Shown piece after piece: positions 24,804-38,045 of a stretch of DNA of 64,000 nucleotides. The DNA is from Octopus vulgaris. Its lineage: Eukaryota. The stretch's first letter is position 1; each line of letters starts with the position of its first letter. The stretch spans positions 42,346,001-42,410,000 of the forward strand of contig OX597817.1 of NCBI GenBank assembly GCA_951406725.2, read 5' to 3'. Below the pieces are notes generated by a model that saw only the letters and a program-made list of their open reading frames with translations, ran no database searches and was not told the DNA's origin. A program made the translations under genes and the position numbers.

Positions 24804-25599
24804 ACCTACCAGAACTTTTAAATTCTTTTCTTTTAGAAAATAAGTAACATGTCTCCTACACCAGTATCAAGTCATTATTTTAGGAATAAAGTCAATGTTT
24901 TATATAATAAGATTATGATTAATACAGCAAAAACTAAGAAACTGTAGTGTGAAATTGAAACATAATAATGTTTGTTTGTTGATTTGATATTTTTTTGCTT
25001 GATTCTCTTATTTTGGTTTGGAAGAAGAAGGAGTGCCCATGGCCTCTCAAAGCTTCTCTGAGGATGGTGACATTGGAGTCATTAACAATCCATTTGAGCT
25101 GATTCCAACTCAACAGCAGCAAGAAAGATGTGTGCAAGTGGATAATTGTAAAGTCTCAAATTTCAAGAAGAAAATACACAATGTAGGAATTTGTAGTGTG
25201 GAGCCAGGGAGGAAAGAAACAATATCGTTTATGAGATTGGAAGAAATGCATAAGATAGGAATAATCAAGTGGAAGTGGTATGAGACTAGTCAGTAGTGAG
25301 GAGCAGAGGCCACAGTTGTAGAGGTAGAAATGGCAGAGGGAGGTACACCTCCTCACTGGGTCAGTTGTTAAAGTGTGTCATTGGACTGTTGTGACCATCT
25401 TGTTGTTTTCCCTAGATACATTTCACCATGGATCACATTATCTAATCCGACCTTCTTTCCTAAAATGAGAAGGTGTTGTTTGAGACAGCCTTAGCTGCTA
25501 TTTTTATGAGGTCAAGTCACTATGTAGAGGCTTCCTTTTAGGCTCAGACATAAAGATAAAGTTAAAAGCCTAACATATACTCTAAGTAAAACTGTGATT

Positions 25600-25895
25600 C
25601 AATGTTGCTTTTATCAGACTGAGTAAAAAGTAAGCAACGTTTTGAAATATGAAATTCATCACAATATATTTCAACAATACAGAAAGTTAATTCATCAAAG
25701 TAAGTACCTCTACAATCAACACATTTTTGCCAATGAGTTACAAGTTTGTTTATTCTGGTAACATAGAAGTTGGAGTTCTTGAGCTGATGAACTCTTTGAA
25801 TGCACTTTCAGCATTGGTTTGATTTTTTAACTCCTCTCATAGGAAATCATCTAGGTGCTTGAAAAAGTGGTATTTGGTAAGAGAAAGGTCTGGAA
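25600..25895 (-). mobile_element. mariner 3' fragment
   Basis: Minus strand PDLSLTKYHFFKHLDDFL...INKLVTHWQKCVDCRGTYFDE. Confidence 0.75.
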
Positions 25896-26239
25896 GGTAT
25901 ATCAGTCGAAATGTTGTGTTAACAACAAACAAGAAGAGGACAAATATCCATCTAATGTAAATAATATACATAATTCCTCATCTCTTTATTATTGAATTTA
26001 TTTTATTGAGTCCGAAAGGATAAAAGGCAAGGTCAGACTCTGCAGAATTTGAACTGACAACATAAAGATAGACAAAAGGCTGCTAAGCATTTCACCTAAT
26101 GTGTTAAGGATTCTGTCAGCTCACTACCTTATCACTGAATATTAGAAGCATTTCCTCACAGAAAAATTCTTTCTTTTTCTAAATCCTTTTCATACATTTT
26201 TTTTTTCTAGTTAGCATGGATTACCATGAATTTTCCTAA

Positions 26240-26400
26240 TTTCTATGGATTGGCTCAATAGTTCTGCCCCTATTTTTTGCTCATGTCCTTCTTTTGAACC
26301 CAACTTAGTTCTATGGAATGCATTTCCATGGATTGGCTCAATAGTTCTGTCCCTGTTTTTTGCTCATGTCCTTCTTCTGAACTCAACTTAGTTCTATGGA
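26240..26400. repeat. ~83-bp tandem duplication
   Basis: atggattggctcaatagttctg...caacttagttctatgga occurs twice. Confidence 0.85.
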
Positions 26401-26432
26401 CTTCTCAAAAATGACAAAGAAGCAAAATATTT

Positions 26433-26433
<1 letters not shown>

Positions 26434-26467
<34 letters not shown>

Positions 26468-27610
26468 AATTATTGTATACAGTGCTCAGGTGCACCACAA
26501 CTTGTCAGAAAGTGCATATAAAGTACATGCAGTAATGTAGAAATGTCTGGAAAGCGAACAATGTATGAGTCAGATACATGCCTGTGTGTGTATGGAGGGG
26601 AGAAAATCAGGTGTAGTGTTGGCGAATCTCAGAAAGCATGGAAGTTTTGAAGGATGCAGTGCTCCGACAACTAACAACTGATGCCAGCAGTTTGTTCCAT
26701 GCTTCAGCAACTCTCAGCGTGAAAAAATGTTTCTTGAAGTCATGGGAGCTGTGCTGTTTTCTTACTTTGTAAATATGTCCACGGGTATTAGATGGGTGGA
26801 GTTTGAAAAGGTGCTCAGAGTTATTGTTTGTACGATGGTTGATAATTTTATGGGTGTCTGCCAAGTCAGCTGCCAGACGTCGGAGTTTCAATGTGTCCAT
26901 GCCCAGGGAAGTAAGGCGTTCAGGATATGGCAAATGCCTGATGGAGGGTATTCTTTTGGTTGCACGTCACTGAACAGCTTCCAGACGATTGATATCCTGG
27001 GCAAGATAGGGGTTCCAGACCGGTGATGCAAATTCCAGGTGAGGTCTTACCATAGCTATATAAAGCCGCAGATAGATAGCTGGAGAGCGGCTCACAAAGG
27101 ATTTGGTGAGTGATGCCAAGACACCCTCAGCCTTCTTGACAATTTTGGCGATGTGTTTTGTCCAACACAAATTGCTGTCGACAATAACACCCAGGTCACG
27201 TTCACATGAAGACTTTTTGAGACTAGTGTTGTGGAGGGAGTAGGTGGACGCTGGGTTTCTCCTCCCAAAATGCATGGTGGTACATTTGTCCACAGCCAGC
27301 TTGAGTTGCCAGTCCATGATCCACTGCTGCATTGTGTCCAGGTCTGCTTGCAATAGAGATCTATAGTGTACAGGATTTGACCTCTTTATTTCGAGGTACA
27401 GCTTAATGTCATCTGCATATTTCAGCACTGTGGCATTCTTTAAGTTGGCATCTATGTCATTAACATATGCAACAAATAAAAGGAGGCCAAGAACAGATCC
27501 CTGTGGTACACCAGATGTCATCTCATAGGGCGAAGAGTGCTGTCCTAGAACTGTGACAACCTCTTTTCGACTGAAAATAAAGGACTTCAACCAGTTACAG
27601 AGTTCGTCTC
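26434..27610 (-). mobile_element. 5'-truncated CR1/L2-group LINE: reverse transcriptase C-terminal half, 3' UTR and (ATT)n tail
   Basis: SGVPQGSVLG, YADDIKLY, YIAMVRPHLEFASPVWNP, FFTLRVAEAWNKL; ORFs 26967-27590 and 26607-26933 are in frame, separated by one TGA. Confidence 0.92.
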
Positions 27611-27662
27611 TTTTACCATTTGCAATGTTTTTTTAATTACAGTTAGACCATATACTAACAGT

Positions 27663-27970
27663 GAAGATGCATGGCTTAATGGTTAATGCATTTGGCTAAC
27701 AGTTGTAAGGCTATGAGTTCAATTCCTGTTGGTGCATTGATCAACTGGTACACTCATCATCCTCCACTTAGCTGACAAAAACAAGTTGTACCTGTAGTTC
27801 AATAGGCCTGTCTTTTCACATTCAGTGCATCATGCTGAATCTTCCTGAGAACTTCATTAATGGTATGCATGTCTGCGGAGTGCTCAGCTACTTGCACTTT
27901 AACTTTAGAAGCAGGCTGTTCCATTGATCAAATCAACTGGTACACTCATCATCCTAACCAACAGAGTGCC
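27663..27970 (+). mobile_element. tRNA-derived SINE with tail type E
   Basis: A/B boxes (tggcttaatgg, gagttcaattcc); tail gctgaatct...ggagtgctcagc.acttgca...gagtgcc shared with 62279 and 63573. Confidence 0.75.
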
Positions 27971-28059
27971 TAGCCATATACAAACAAAATAAATGTGCAG
28001 GAACTATAAGGGAGGCCAAAAATTAACTTCTCTATTTTCAATCCTTAAAAATCGTTTAG

Positions 28060-28640
28060 GTGTTAGCATACCAGGCAAAATGCATAGTGGTATTTTGCCT
28101 GCTGCTATGTTCATCATCATTATCATCATCATCGTTTAACATCCACTTTCCATGCTAGCATGGGTTGGACAATTTGACTGAGGACTGGCAAACCAGGCTC
28201 CAATCTTGATCTGGCAGAGTTTCTACAGCTAGATGCTCTTCCTAACGCCAACCACACTGAGAGTGTAGTGGGTGCTTTTACATGCCACTGACACAAGGGC
28301 CAGTCAGGTGGTACTGGCAACAGCCATGCTCAAATGGTGCTTTTTATGTGCCATCTGCACAGGAACCAGTCCAGTGGCACTGGCAACGACCTCGCTCGAA
28401 TGTTTTTTCACAAGCCTCCAGCACAAGTGCCAGTAAGGCAATGCAGGTTACGATCACGCTCAAATGGTGCTTTTTATGTACCACCAGCACAGAAGCCAAT
28501 TTGTTGCTCTGGCAATAATCACGCTCGGATGGTACTCTTAGCACTCCACTAGCACGGATGCCAGTCATCAAATTTGATTTTTATTTTGATTTTTCGATTT
28601 CACTAATTCCGCCAAGGTTGACTTTGCCTTTAATCCTTTC
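28060..28640. mobile_element. SINE B fragment (+) split by an RTE 3' UTR insertion (-, ~28113-28604)
   Basis: B sequence ...gctgctatgttc | aattccgccaaggttgactttgcc flanks an RTE 3' UTR copy. Confidence 0.8.
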
Positions 28641-28879
28641 AAAAAGCCTGTAAAATTTTGAGCAAAGTGCTTGAGATTACTTTAAAAGCTTCTTGAACCT
28701 TTAGTTTCACTGAATTTAGCTGACTCCAGGATTTTCATTATTGAAATTGTTTTTTGTTTTTTTATGAAACTTTTTCCTTTTATAATCAGGGCTTTTAAAG
28801 TCTGTTTTGAGCTTAAGAGACTCATGAGGCCAGAGCTCATCCAGATTTTCAAAGTATTTAGGCTGAGGGTACAAGGGTT

Positions 28880-29078
28880 CACCCTGAATGGGGCACCAAC
28901 CTGTTGTAGGGTTAGATCCCCTAGGCACCACTGGTACTCATTTGAAGGCTGGTGTACTAGAATAATGTGATATAAAGTTCCTTACACAAAGAACAACACA
29001 CCACCCAACCTGAGAAACGAACCTGTGTCCTAACAGTCATGAGTTCAATACCTTAACCATCAGGCCACTTACCTTCAC
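28880..29078 (-). mobile_element. Older tRNA-derived SINE
   Basis: Minus-strand head gtggcctgatggttaagg...ggttcgtttctc. Confidence 0.5.
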
Positions 29079-30675
29079 AAATCAGAATACTGCCGATAGT
29101 TTCACACAATAAAAATTAAATGTCATACCATATTACAAGTGATATATTAAGCTCATAGTTGTTCTTTGTCTCCAATATAATAGGCAAAAAATGTAAACTA
29201 GTGATCTGCATTTATATTGAATTATCATAAAATGATATTCTTATTCAAACTAGACAAATGTATGAAAGTCGTTTAACATACAAGTGTGTAGCAAGCTGTG
29301 ATTTCTTATTTTACAGACCATAAAAGGAAAATAATTCAAGTTTAATCTGTTCTTGGCTGTGGAACATTCAAATTAAAATATTTGCTGCTTTCAAATGCTC
29401 CAGAAGGAAAACTGAACAGAAGCATAAATGTACAAAAAACAATCTTGCCTCATCTAAAATGGCTGCTGGCTTGTTTTATGTTTGTATGGTTTCAGGTTCA
29501 ATCTCACTAAACAGCACCTTGGACAAGTCTCTTATACTACAGCAATGGGTTTACCAAAGCCTTGTGAATGGAATTTAATAGAATTACACCAACATCCATC
29601 ACCTGGTTTAACACTAGTCCTTAGCTTATGGATACCGTTAACAGAGTCGAGTCTGACGGAAATAGTTGGGCCAGGTCTCCAGCCTGAGGATAACTTCTTT
29701 TCTTTCACCATCACCCACTCTTAGTTATGAACACTCAACCCTATCTCTTCTAATAATATGCTTCTAGCCAGTATGGAAGGTGGACATTAAATGATGATGA
29801 TGATGAGGAGGAGGAGGAGGAGGAGGATGATGATGATGATACGATGATGATTCGTTCATATTCATCAGCCAGGTGCCCTTTCTGTGTCCAAGGGTCAGCT
29901 TATTAAATTCTACAGTTTCCTCTGTCATGCACTCAACGAGGTTCCTGTTTCCAGTCTGCCAGCATTTTTGACGGCCTCTTGCTATAAAAATTGGTGGTAA
30001 AACTACTAAATTTTGGACAAAAATCAACTTTCCTCTTGACTTTTAAACTAAACAGTTCGTAAATTGCTTTTCAATTGGAAAAAAAAAAATTTTTTTTTAA
30101 AAGGAACAGAAAAATAATATTGGTTAAAGTGAAGATAGAAGCTTCTGAAAGTAAGTGGAGTATCACAGCCAAATTTTCTTTTGATTATTAAATCATTGCT
30201 ATGTCAGCTGGGCATAAGAGATGTAATGTAACAAACAAATACCTAATGGAAATATTTCCACCATAAAATTGTCAATTTCTTTGTGGCAGTGATTTTCCCT
30301 TAAGTTTATTTTATTTGTTATTTTATGCTTTAAAGAATTTTTTGAATGTGCGTGTGCATGTCTGTTCTGTGATTATGGAATTAGAATTATGGAAGAAATT
30401 AAGGAAAATATTGAAATTATGCTTAATATTTCCACAAGACATGATAAATTGAGTGATCAAATTTGTTTTCTGATTTCCTAGAAATTCACTTAATCCTGTT
30501 TATATTAAGCATGTAATGCATTAAAGCAAAGTGAAAATATTTTTAGCTTGACAGCTAATGTCAAACAAGAAGACTTTCTTTAAATCTCTCAACAAAATAT
30601 TTGTTGACAGAGGAGTACAATCTGTTTCATTGCCCCACCTTGCATGTTATCGACAAATGTTTCAGTCATTTCGTT

Positions 30676-30707
<32 letters not shown>

Positions 30708-30992
30708 TTTAACATCCATTTTTCCATGCTCGCATGGGTCAGACGGAATTCATTGAGGTCTTCCTGTCACCAGCCTACACTTTTTTCTCTAAGCAAGGTA
30801 ATATTTCCTCTTGGCCATACATCTTTTCACAGAAAATTGGAAATGAAGAACACCTCTTGTATGACAGGGAAGCTCATTTACAACTGCAACACAATTCCAA
30901 AATAAATAAACACAGACCAAGCACACAAACTAAATGCATGCACTCATCCACACACACACACGCACACACACACACACATACACACACATATG

Positions 30993-31330
30993 CAAGTACA
31001 GAACCTCTTATCCGGCAACCTTGGGACTGGAGGTGGTCCGGATTTCTGGATTTTCCAGGTTTCTGGACACAGCTAAATATATACCAAAAATATAAAATAA
31101 ACAGCGAAAAGTAAAGAACAAAACTGTGTAACATATACAAAGTAATACATTTCTAAAGCAGGATCCATTTGATCTGGTGTCATGTGACACATACACCACA
31201 GAAACAAAAACAAAGTGGCCGCATGGCGAACAACTATCGCCCGCGAAACTCATAGCTAGCTAGTTTCAAAAATTAGTGGATTTCTGGTAATTCCGGATTT
31301 TTGGATTCCAGATAAGAGGTTCAGTACCTG
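30993..31330. mobile_element. pogo/Tigger-type MITE
   Basis: TIRs CAAGTACAGAACCTCTTATCCGG / CCAGATAAGAGGTTCAGTACCTG, TA on the right flank, internal ccggattt repeats. Confidence 0.75.
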
Positions 31331-32112
31331 TATATATATATATATATATACATGCAATGCTACTATTGAACAGGGGGAATGAGTGCTCAATACTGCACTG
31401 GGGGATAAAAATTGTTTATTTGTGGGTTAACAAGGCAACCAATAGTTTCATGCGAACAGATTTTCACAATTGTTCAAGCATGCCATATGGTAGTGTTGGC
31501 ACTCATCTCCATTTGAACAATTGTGAAGATCTCTTCACATGAAAACATTTGTTGTGTTGTTAACCAACAAATGAAGTACAGTTTCCATTCAGATGTTCAT
31601 GAGGGTTGTTCTTATTATTTAATCCTTGTCCCTTCTATGTGAGCTGGGAATATGATAAGATACATTATCCAGTACATCATTCTTTTTTATAAGACAGCAG
31701 AGAGCGATCTGAGTGAATTTAGCTGCTATTTTTAACAGGTCACAATTCCATTGAGGCTCTCTCTTACTTGTTCATTAATCGGAGAATGGTAGTATAGTTT
31801 CTAATTAGTTTATGTTATTTTATTACTTTTTGTGTAATTACTATTGATTTATATAGTTGTTTATTAAATATATATTTTTCAGAAAAAGTTTTTCATTAGC
31901 AAACTAATTATTTCATAGTGAAGTCTGTAATAAACGTTAATGACATGAGTCATATTTTAATTAATAGAAATTAAGCCCTTAATGAGGAGAAAGGAACCAT
32001 TGGTTTACTTATTAATTTTGGTCAAAAAAAAGGACAAGGGAGAAAATCGCAAAATTTAAATTCAATAAAGTAAATTAAAAGACAGGAGGCTGTAGGAAGT
32101 GGGTCTGTTGGA

Positions 32113-32189
32113 GAAGGAGGATGATGGTAATGACAAAGATGGGAGGAGGAGGAGGAGGAGGAAGAGAAGGAGGAGGAGAAGAAGAAGAA

Positions 32190-32228
<39 letters not shown>

Positions 32229-32430
32229 GATGATGATGATGGTGATGATGATGATGATGATGAAGAAGAAAATGATGATGATGAAGATGATGATGATGAT
32301 GATGATGATGAAGAAGATGATGATGATGAAAAAGAAGGAGGAGGAGGAGGAGGAGGAGGAGGAGATGAAGAAGGAGAAGAAGATGAAGTCGAAGAAGAAG
32401 AAGAAGAAGAAGAAGAAGAAGAAGAAAGAT
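32113..32430. repeat. (GAG)n/(GAT)n/(GAA)n compound trinucleotide tract
   Basis: Direct reading. Confidence 0.95.
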
Positions 32431-33079
32431 ATCTTTCTACAATAAATTGAATTTGTATATTTGGTTTCCAGCCAACTCATAGAAAGGACACAGCATGCAT
32501 AATAAATTATGAACCATTCTAAATTTAATAAATCCATAAGAAAAGAGACTGTGGTCAGCTAAGCACAACTACAAAATTACATACATAGTTATATATTAAT
32601 ATAATTATATATTAATATTTCTACAAAATTACAAATATTAAAAATAATGATGTTATATCCAAAATGATTTTTATTCTTTAGGTATTTTCTTCCCTTGAAC
32701 GTTGGTTTGCTTTCATATTAGGTTAAATTTCATCTGAATTATCCATGATGGTATCCATTTCTTCATGGATAGCAATGGATTATTTATAACAGAAATCTTG
32801 AAATAAGCAGCTGCTTAGACATTAATGAAACATCATTTACTGACAAGCTGTTCTACACATGGATATACAAACTGTATTTCCTACTTGATTATTAGTGGCC
32901 ATATGTATCTGTCTGTTATATGACAAGCTCTATTAACTTCAAGGAATTACTGGAGAAAATGAGAGTCATTAATTTACGCTATTTAACAAGGAGAGTGTTA
33001 ATGTCAGTTATGCAAATACAGTGAAACAGCTGCAAGTAGAAAACATCACCCTGTTTAACACCACTGCTGAGTGCCTTTA

Positions 33080-33431
33080 TTTCCTCCACCTGAGAGAAGG
33101 CAGAAGTATTGTTTTCAGTCGTGTTTGTTTGTTTGTCCATGGACAAGATATCTCAAGAACCACTGAATGGATTCAGATGAAACTTTCAGGGATGTTTGGC
33201 CTCGTGACTAGCACAAACAGATTAGATTTGGGGGTCGATCTGGTACCAGACAAGGATTCTGAATTATTTTTCTGTTTCTTTTACTTCATTTTTGACAGCA
33301 GTAGGGTTCGTTTTTAGTATTCTGATTTGTGAGAGCAGTCAAGTTTATTTCAAGCATTCTCATTTTAAAAATCATCTTTGGTTAATCGTTAAGAGGATAT
33401 TGGTATTGCCTTGGTCAAGGCTTGTGCTCTT
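33080..33431 (+). mobile_element. Helentron-associated (HINE-like) element, uninterrupted copy
   Basis: Colinear with 22218-22456 plus 22899-23000. Confidence 0.6.
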
Positions 33432-33832
33432 GTTACAGATAATTTTGCTGTGAGGATTCAGATCTGATATTTGATTCCCATACTTACTCCAATCTATTTA
33501 CCAGCTAGGTATCAGCCACATCAATCTCATAAGTCTATGTAAGTCTGTAAAAATCATGGGCTCTGCCCTTCCTTCCTAACAGTCATAGAAAGAACAAAAA
33601 TTGTAAAGTTTGTTCCATAGGATACAGGCAACCTCGCTAGTGCCAGTGTAATGCAAAAACGGCATCCAGTAAACACTGTAAAGTGGTTTGCATTAGGAAG
33701 GGCATCCAACCAATAGAAACCATTTTAAAACTGACATTGGAGCTCAATGAAGTCCTCCAGCTTGTTGGATCCTGTCAAACCATCCAGCCCATGCAAGCAT
33801 GGAAAATGGATGCTGCTGTTGCTGTTGCTGTT

Positions 33833-34078
33833 GAGCGAACGGTCTTCGTCCCAGAGCTTGCAAGATGGGAGAAGTCCAAAACGTGGTCCTTTGCTATTCC
33901 TAAGACCCGCAGAAGAGAAAACAGGTCAACCCCCAACACTGAGAGCATCAACGGATGGATGAATGCGCATCCAGGCTCAGCGGTTGCGTAGGAAGTCGGG
34001 GACAAGAAACAGGAAGAAAGAGTGAGAGAAAGTTGGAGCGAAAGAGTACAACAGGGGGCGCTACCCCCACCCCCCTGC
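33833..34078 (-). mobile_element. SINE fragment with family F body and a distinct tail (G)
   Basis: gaagaaagagtg...gaaagagtacaacaggg..caccccctgc matches ~38163-38207; the remainder is unrelated to the F tail. Confidence 0.6.
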
Positions 34079-34678
34079 ACAGTTGCTGCTGCTGGTGATG
34101 CATTTATTTGTAATTTCTCTAAAATGAACATGGCTTCCAACCACCAATAAATAAACAAGGATGCATTGAATAATCCAATCCCTGATATACGATGTTTGGG
34201 AAGCTCATAACAGAATCATCTTTGATCTCAGATCTGCTTTGATCAAAGTTGAGCTGGGATTAAACAGCAATAACAACAACATGGGGCATAGTTTTTGTTA
34301 CATTTGTAAACAATGAATTGAAATAACACCTAATCTGAACTATGTATTTCAGATCATATGTATAGCAATTGTAAGTTTTAAAGATCAATAATTTTCCCAT
34401 AAAATATGAAATATGAAATATAAAGAGGGTAAGAAGGAAGAATGGATTCTTTACAAAGATAATATTGTTCTCCCTGAGAGGAAATGCATTATCCTTAAGT
34501 CATGTGGGTTCTGTTAGAGTTATAGGGTATGGGGGTGAATCAGATAAGTATTAAGGATAGGCCTTTGAAGATTGTTGTTTGCTATATTCTATGTTTATAT
34601 AATATGCTGCATGAAAAGAACGATGCGCAACACCCATGTGTACATTGTATGGCAACAGAGAGAAACTCTGTGTTTATG

Positions 34679-35030
34679 TCATCATTGTCATTATTATCAT
34701 CACCGTTTAACGTCTGCTTTCCATGCTGGCATGGGTTGGACGGTTTGACTGAGGATTGGCAAGCCAGGAGGCTGCACCAGGCTCCAATCTGATCAGGCAA
34801 GGTTTCTACAGCTGGTTGCCCTTCCTAATGCCAACCACTCTGAGAGCATAGTGGATGCTTTTTATGTGCCATTGGCATGGGAGCCAGTCAGGGGGCACTG
34901 GCATCGACCACTTTTGGATGGTGCATTTTATGTGACACCAGCACAGGAGCCCTGGCATCGACCACTTTCGGATGATACTTTTTACATGCCACTGGCACGG
35001 GAGCCAGTCAGGGGACACTGGCATCGACCA
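34679..35030 (-). mobile_element. RTE LINE 3' UTR fragment
   Basis: Same terminus and ~60-bp internal repeats. Confidence 0.8.
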
Positions 35031-35115
35031 AAGAGGATTGTGTTCAAGTAATTGACAATTTTGCACGACGTATGCCATTTGGAGCATATTTTGAAAAGAA
35101 CATGACTTTTATGCA

Positions 35116-35238
35116 AAGGGAATGATCATACACAGACTGAAGTTTAAGGGAATGATTGTAAACAAAGGGAATGATCATACACAAACTGAAGTTTAAGGGA
35201 AGGATCATATACAGTTTAAGGGAATGATCATACACAGA
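35116..35238. repeat. ~30-bp minisatellite
   Basis: aagggaatgatcatacacagactgaagttt and variants, 4-5 units. Confidence 0.8.
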
Positions 35239-35351
35239 CCTTTGTAGGATTTAATAAAATTTTCATGGATTTTGTTTTCCCAGGTCACCCTGTATATATA
35301 TATATATACATACACATATATCTTAACTTAATGTTCACTCATTGTCACAAG

Positions 35352-36065
35352 GAGGCACCCAAAAGTAACTGGAAACATTCTCTGCAAAACAAGCCTGTTG
35401 TAGTTTAGGCTTCCACCACTAGAAGCCACATTGAGTGAAGATGTACTGCCACATGGTACAGCTTTGTTTTTCAGTGTTTCTCTCCTACTCATCGATTTTT
35501 GTAATGGTTGAAACAAAGGAACAGCATGCTTCCATGAAATTCTGCTTTCTGTTGGAGAAAAAATGGTAGCTGAAACAGTTGTCATACTTCAAACAGCTTA
35601 CAAGGATGCTGACATGAACAAAACACAAATTTATGAGTGGTTTTCATGCTTTAGGAATGGTCAATTGTTACCTGAAGACCAACCTCATTCGGGGAAAACT
35701 GTTGACCTCCTGAATGAATGAAAACATCACAAAAATTCATGAAGTGATATTGCAGGGCCATTGTCAAATAATTGATGAGCTCGTTAATATGACTGGTGAG
35801 TTCTAGAGCTCTTGCCAAAGAATTTTGAGAGAGGAATTGCGAATGAAAAGAGTTGCAGCAAAATTTGTGCCTTACTTGCTCATGGAAGATCGAAAGCAGT
35901 CACAAGTGAATGCATGTTGTGAATTGAAAGGTTATCTTTGGTAATGAAAGCTGCTGGTGCTATAGAATTTGCAGATGTGGAAGAGATTAAGAAAAAAAAA
36001 AACAAGAAAGGCATTACAAGGCATCTTTTCGCAAGAGTTCCAAGACTGCTTCAAACAGTGGAAAA
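35352..36065 (+). mobile_element. Internally deleted mariner, related to 12295-13885
   Basis: Shared 5' end and EQHASMKFCFLL..TQIYEWFS..AAKFVPYLL; jumps from the GDE region to the C-terminus at ~35968. Confidence 0.8.
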
Positions 36066-36307
36066 TGCATGCATGTGTGTGTGTGTATATATATGTAAAG
36101 ATATGAGAGGTTTGGTATCTAGAGGACCCAAAATGGCAGGTAAGACTATGTAAGTGTTACAGAATGACCATAGTTAAAGTTCCGGTTTGATAATTGTTTG
36201 AGTGAGGAGTCTAGTGTGGGTCGTGTGTGAGCATGTATATGTTAAATAAAATGAGACAACAAAGCCAAAGCAGTGTGGAATTTCACGGATAATCATAAAG
36301 AAAAAGG

Positions 36308-36359
36308 TAGTCTTACAGCTGTTTCAGGGATATGAAGGATATCCCTTCATCAAAGATTA
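36308..36359 (-). ncRNA. Hammerhead ribozyme motif (family H3) with one core substitution
   Basis: Minus strand TAATCT-TTGATGA-AGGGATAT(ccttc)ATATCCCT-GAAA-CAGCTG-TA-AGACTA: 8-bp stem II, palindromic stem III ACAGCTGT, C3>U. Confidence 0.62.
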
Positions 36360-36451
36360 TATGAGAGAGTTAAATAGAGGGAAATAGTACAGTTCAATAT
36401 AAGAAGTTATTTAACATATATGTATATATGTGTATGTATGTATATACATAC

Positions 36452-36495
<44 letters not shown>

Positions 36496-37344
36496 ATGAT
36501 GTCCTTTTCTGCTTGAATAGTCACCTAACAAGTACAGACAGGGGGCAGATCTAATGTAGCTATAAGTCGTGATTGGGCAGAATCTGGATGATGTCCCGCT
36601 ATGCTTGACTAACGAAGCGACTGGTCAAGACAGGAAACAAACAAGAGGGAGTTATAATGCAGCGATTGGTCAAAATAATGATGACGTCCCGTTCCACTTG
36701 ATTAAAGCCACCTAACGAAACGATTGGTCAAAACATTGATGACGTCACGCTACGCTAGATTGACCACCTAACAGGCATTATAAAACCGAGCATTTCACAA
36801 AAACCCACTAGAACCACCCAGCGAACTTCCACCATGGGTCATCACAATTGCTTAAGGTAAAAATGAATTCCTCGCTCTTTCGGAAACATCAATCTTCTGT
36901 ATTGACCGCTTTCCACCACTTTGATCTGTTTTTTGTATTGAATACGTATCGCCACCGTGGGCCACTGCATCGAACACTTTGAACATATACTTCAAACTAT
37001 ATATCAACTATACATGAACTATATATCAACTATACATGAACTCTAAGATGTCTGACTCCGTTGTGTATTATAAATGAATTTCTTGTGTTTGACGGCATGA
37101 GCTGTCTCTTTTTATATATAACTTTTTTTGATAAGGTTCATTTCAGGAACTGAAACATGTTATAATGTATATATAAAAATTAAAAATTGTATAATACAGC
37201 AGCATTTTCGAACTTCATTTTTTACAAATATATATATATATATATATGTATTATGTATGTATGTATGTATATGTGTATATATATGTATATGTGTATATGT
37301 ATGACATATATGTATGTATATATATGTGTATATGTATGACATTA

Positions 37345-37520
37345 CAACCAGCCAGGCAAAGCCTTCGCTACATTTGTGGCACCTGCCAGAGGGAGTGCTT
37401 GTCCAGGATAGGACTACACAGCCACAGCAGGAGATGTATTAGGACATGAAATGCAAAAGCCAGACTAGATTATTTTATGTGCAACTCCATTGTCTCCCGA
37501 GACAAAAAGGATGCCAACAA
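37345..37520 (+). mobile_element. BovB-like RTE 3' terminus
   Basis: YICGTCQRECLSRIGLHSHSRRC C2H2-type motif followed by ccattgtctcccgagac..aggatgccaacaa end. Confidence 0.7.
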
Positions 37521-37530
37521 TATCTATGTA

Positions 37531-37577
<47 letters not shown>

Positions 37578-37728
37578 ATATATATATGTGTATGTATGTG
37601 TGTATATATATATATGTATATATATGTGTGTATGTATGTATATGTGTATATGAAGCATTGGGGTCGTTCTGTGTCTGTCCTACATATGTTTTGTAGTATT
37701 TAATGCATTTTTCATTTATATGATACAT

Positions 37729-37958
37729 GTTTCTTTATTACCCACAAGGGGCTAAACATAGAGGAGACAAACAAGGACAGACAAACGAATTAAGTCGATT
37801 ACATCGAGCCCAATGCGTAACTGGTACTTAATTTATCGACCCCGAAAGGATGAAAGGCAAAGTCGACCTTGACGGAATTTGAACTCAGAATGTAGCGGCA
37901 GACGAAATATGGCTACGCATTTCGCCTGGTGTGCTAAAGGTTCTGCCAGCTCGCCGCC
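37729..37958 (-). mobile_element. SINE family B, full length
   Basis: Reverse complement of 3637-3868. Confidence 0.9.
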
Positions 37959-38045
37959 TTTTCATTTATATGATGTGTGTGTCTGTGTGTGTGTGTATAT
38001 ATATATATGTGTATGTGTGCGTATGCATACATATCCATGTATCAC

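Noticed and set aside
32121-32450. Acidic poly-D/E/G ORF as a possible exon
   Set aside because: Pure trinucleotide repeat open in several frames, with no supporting complex coding sequence
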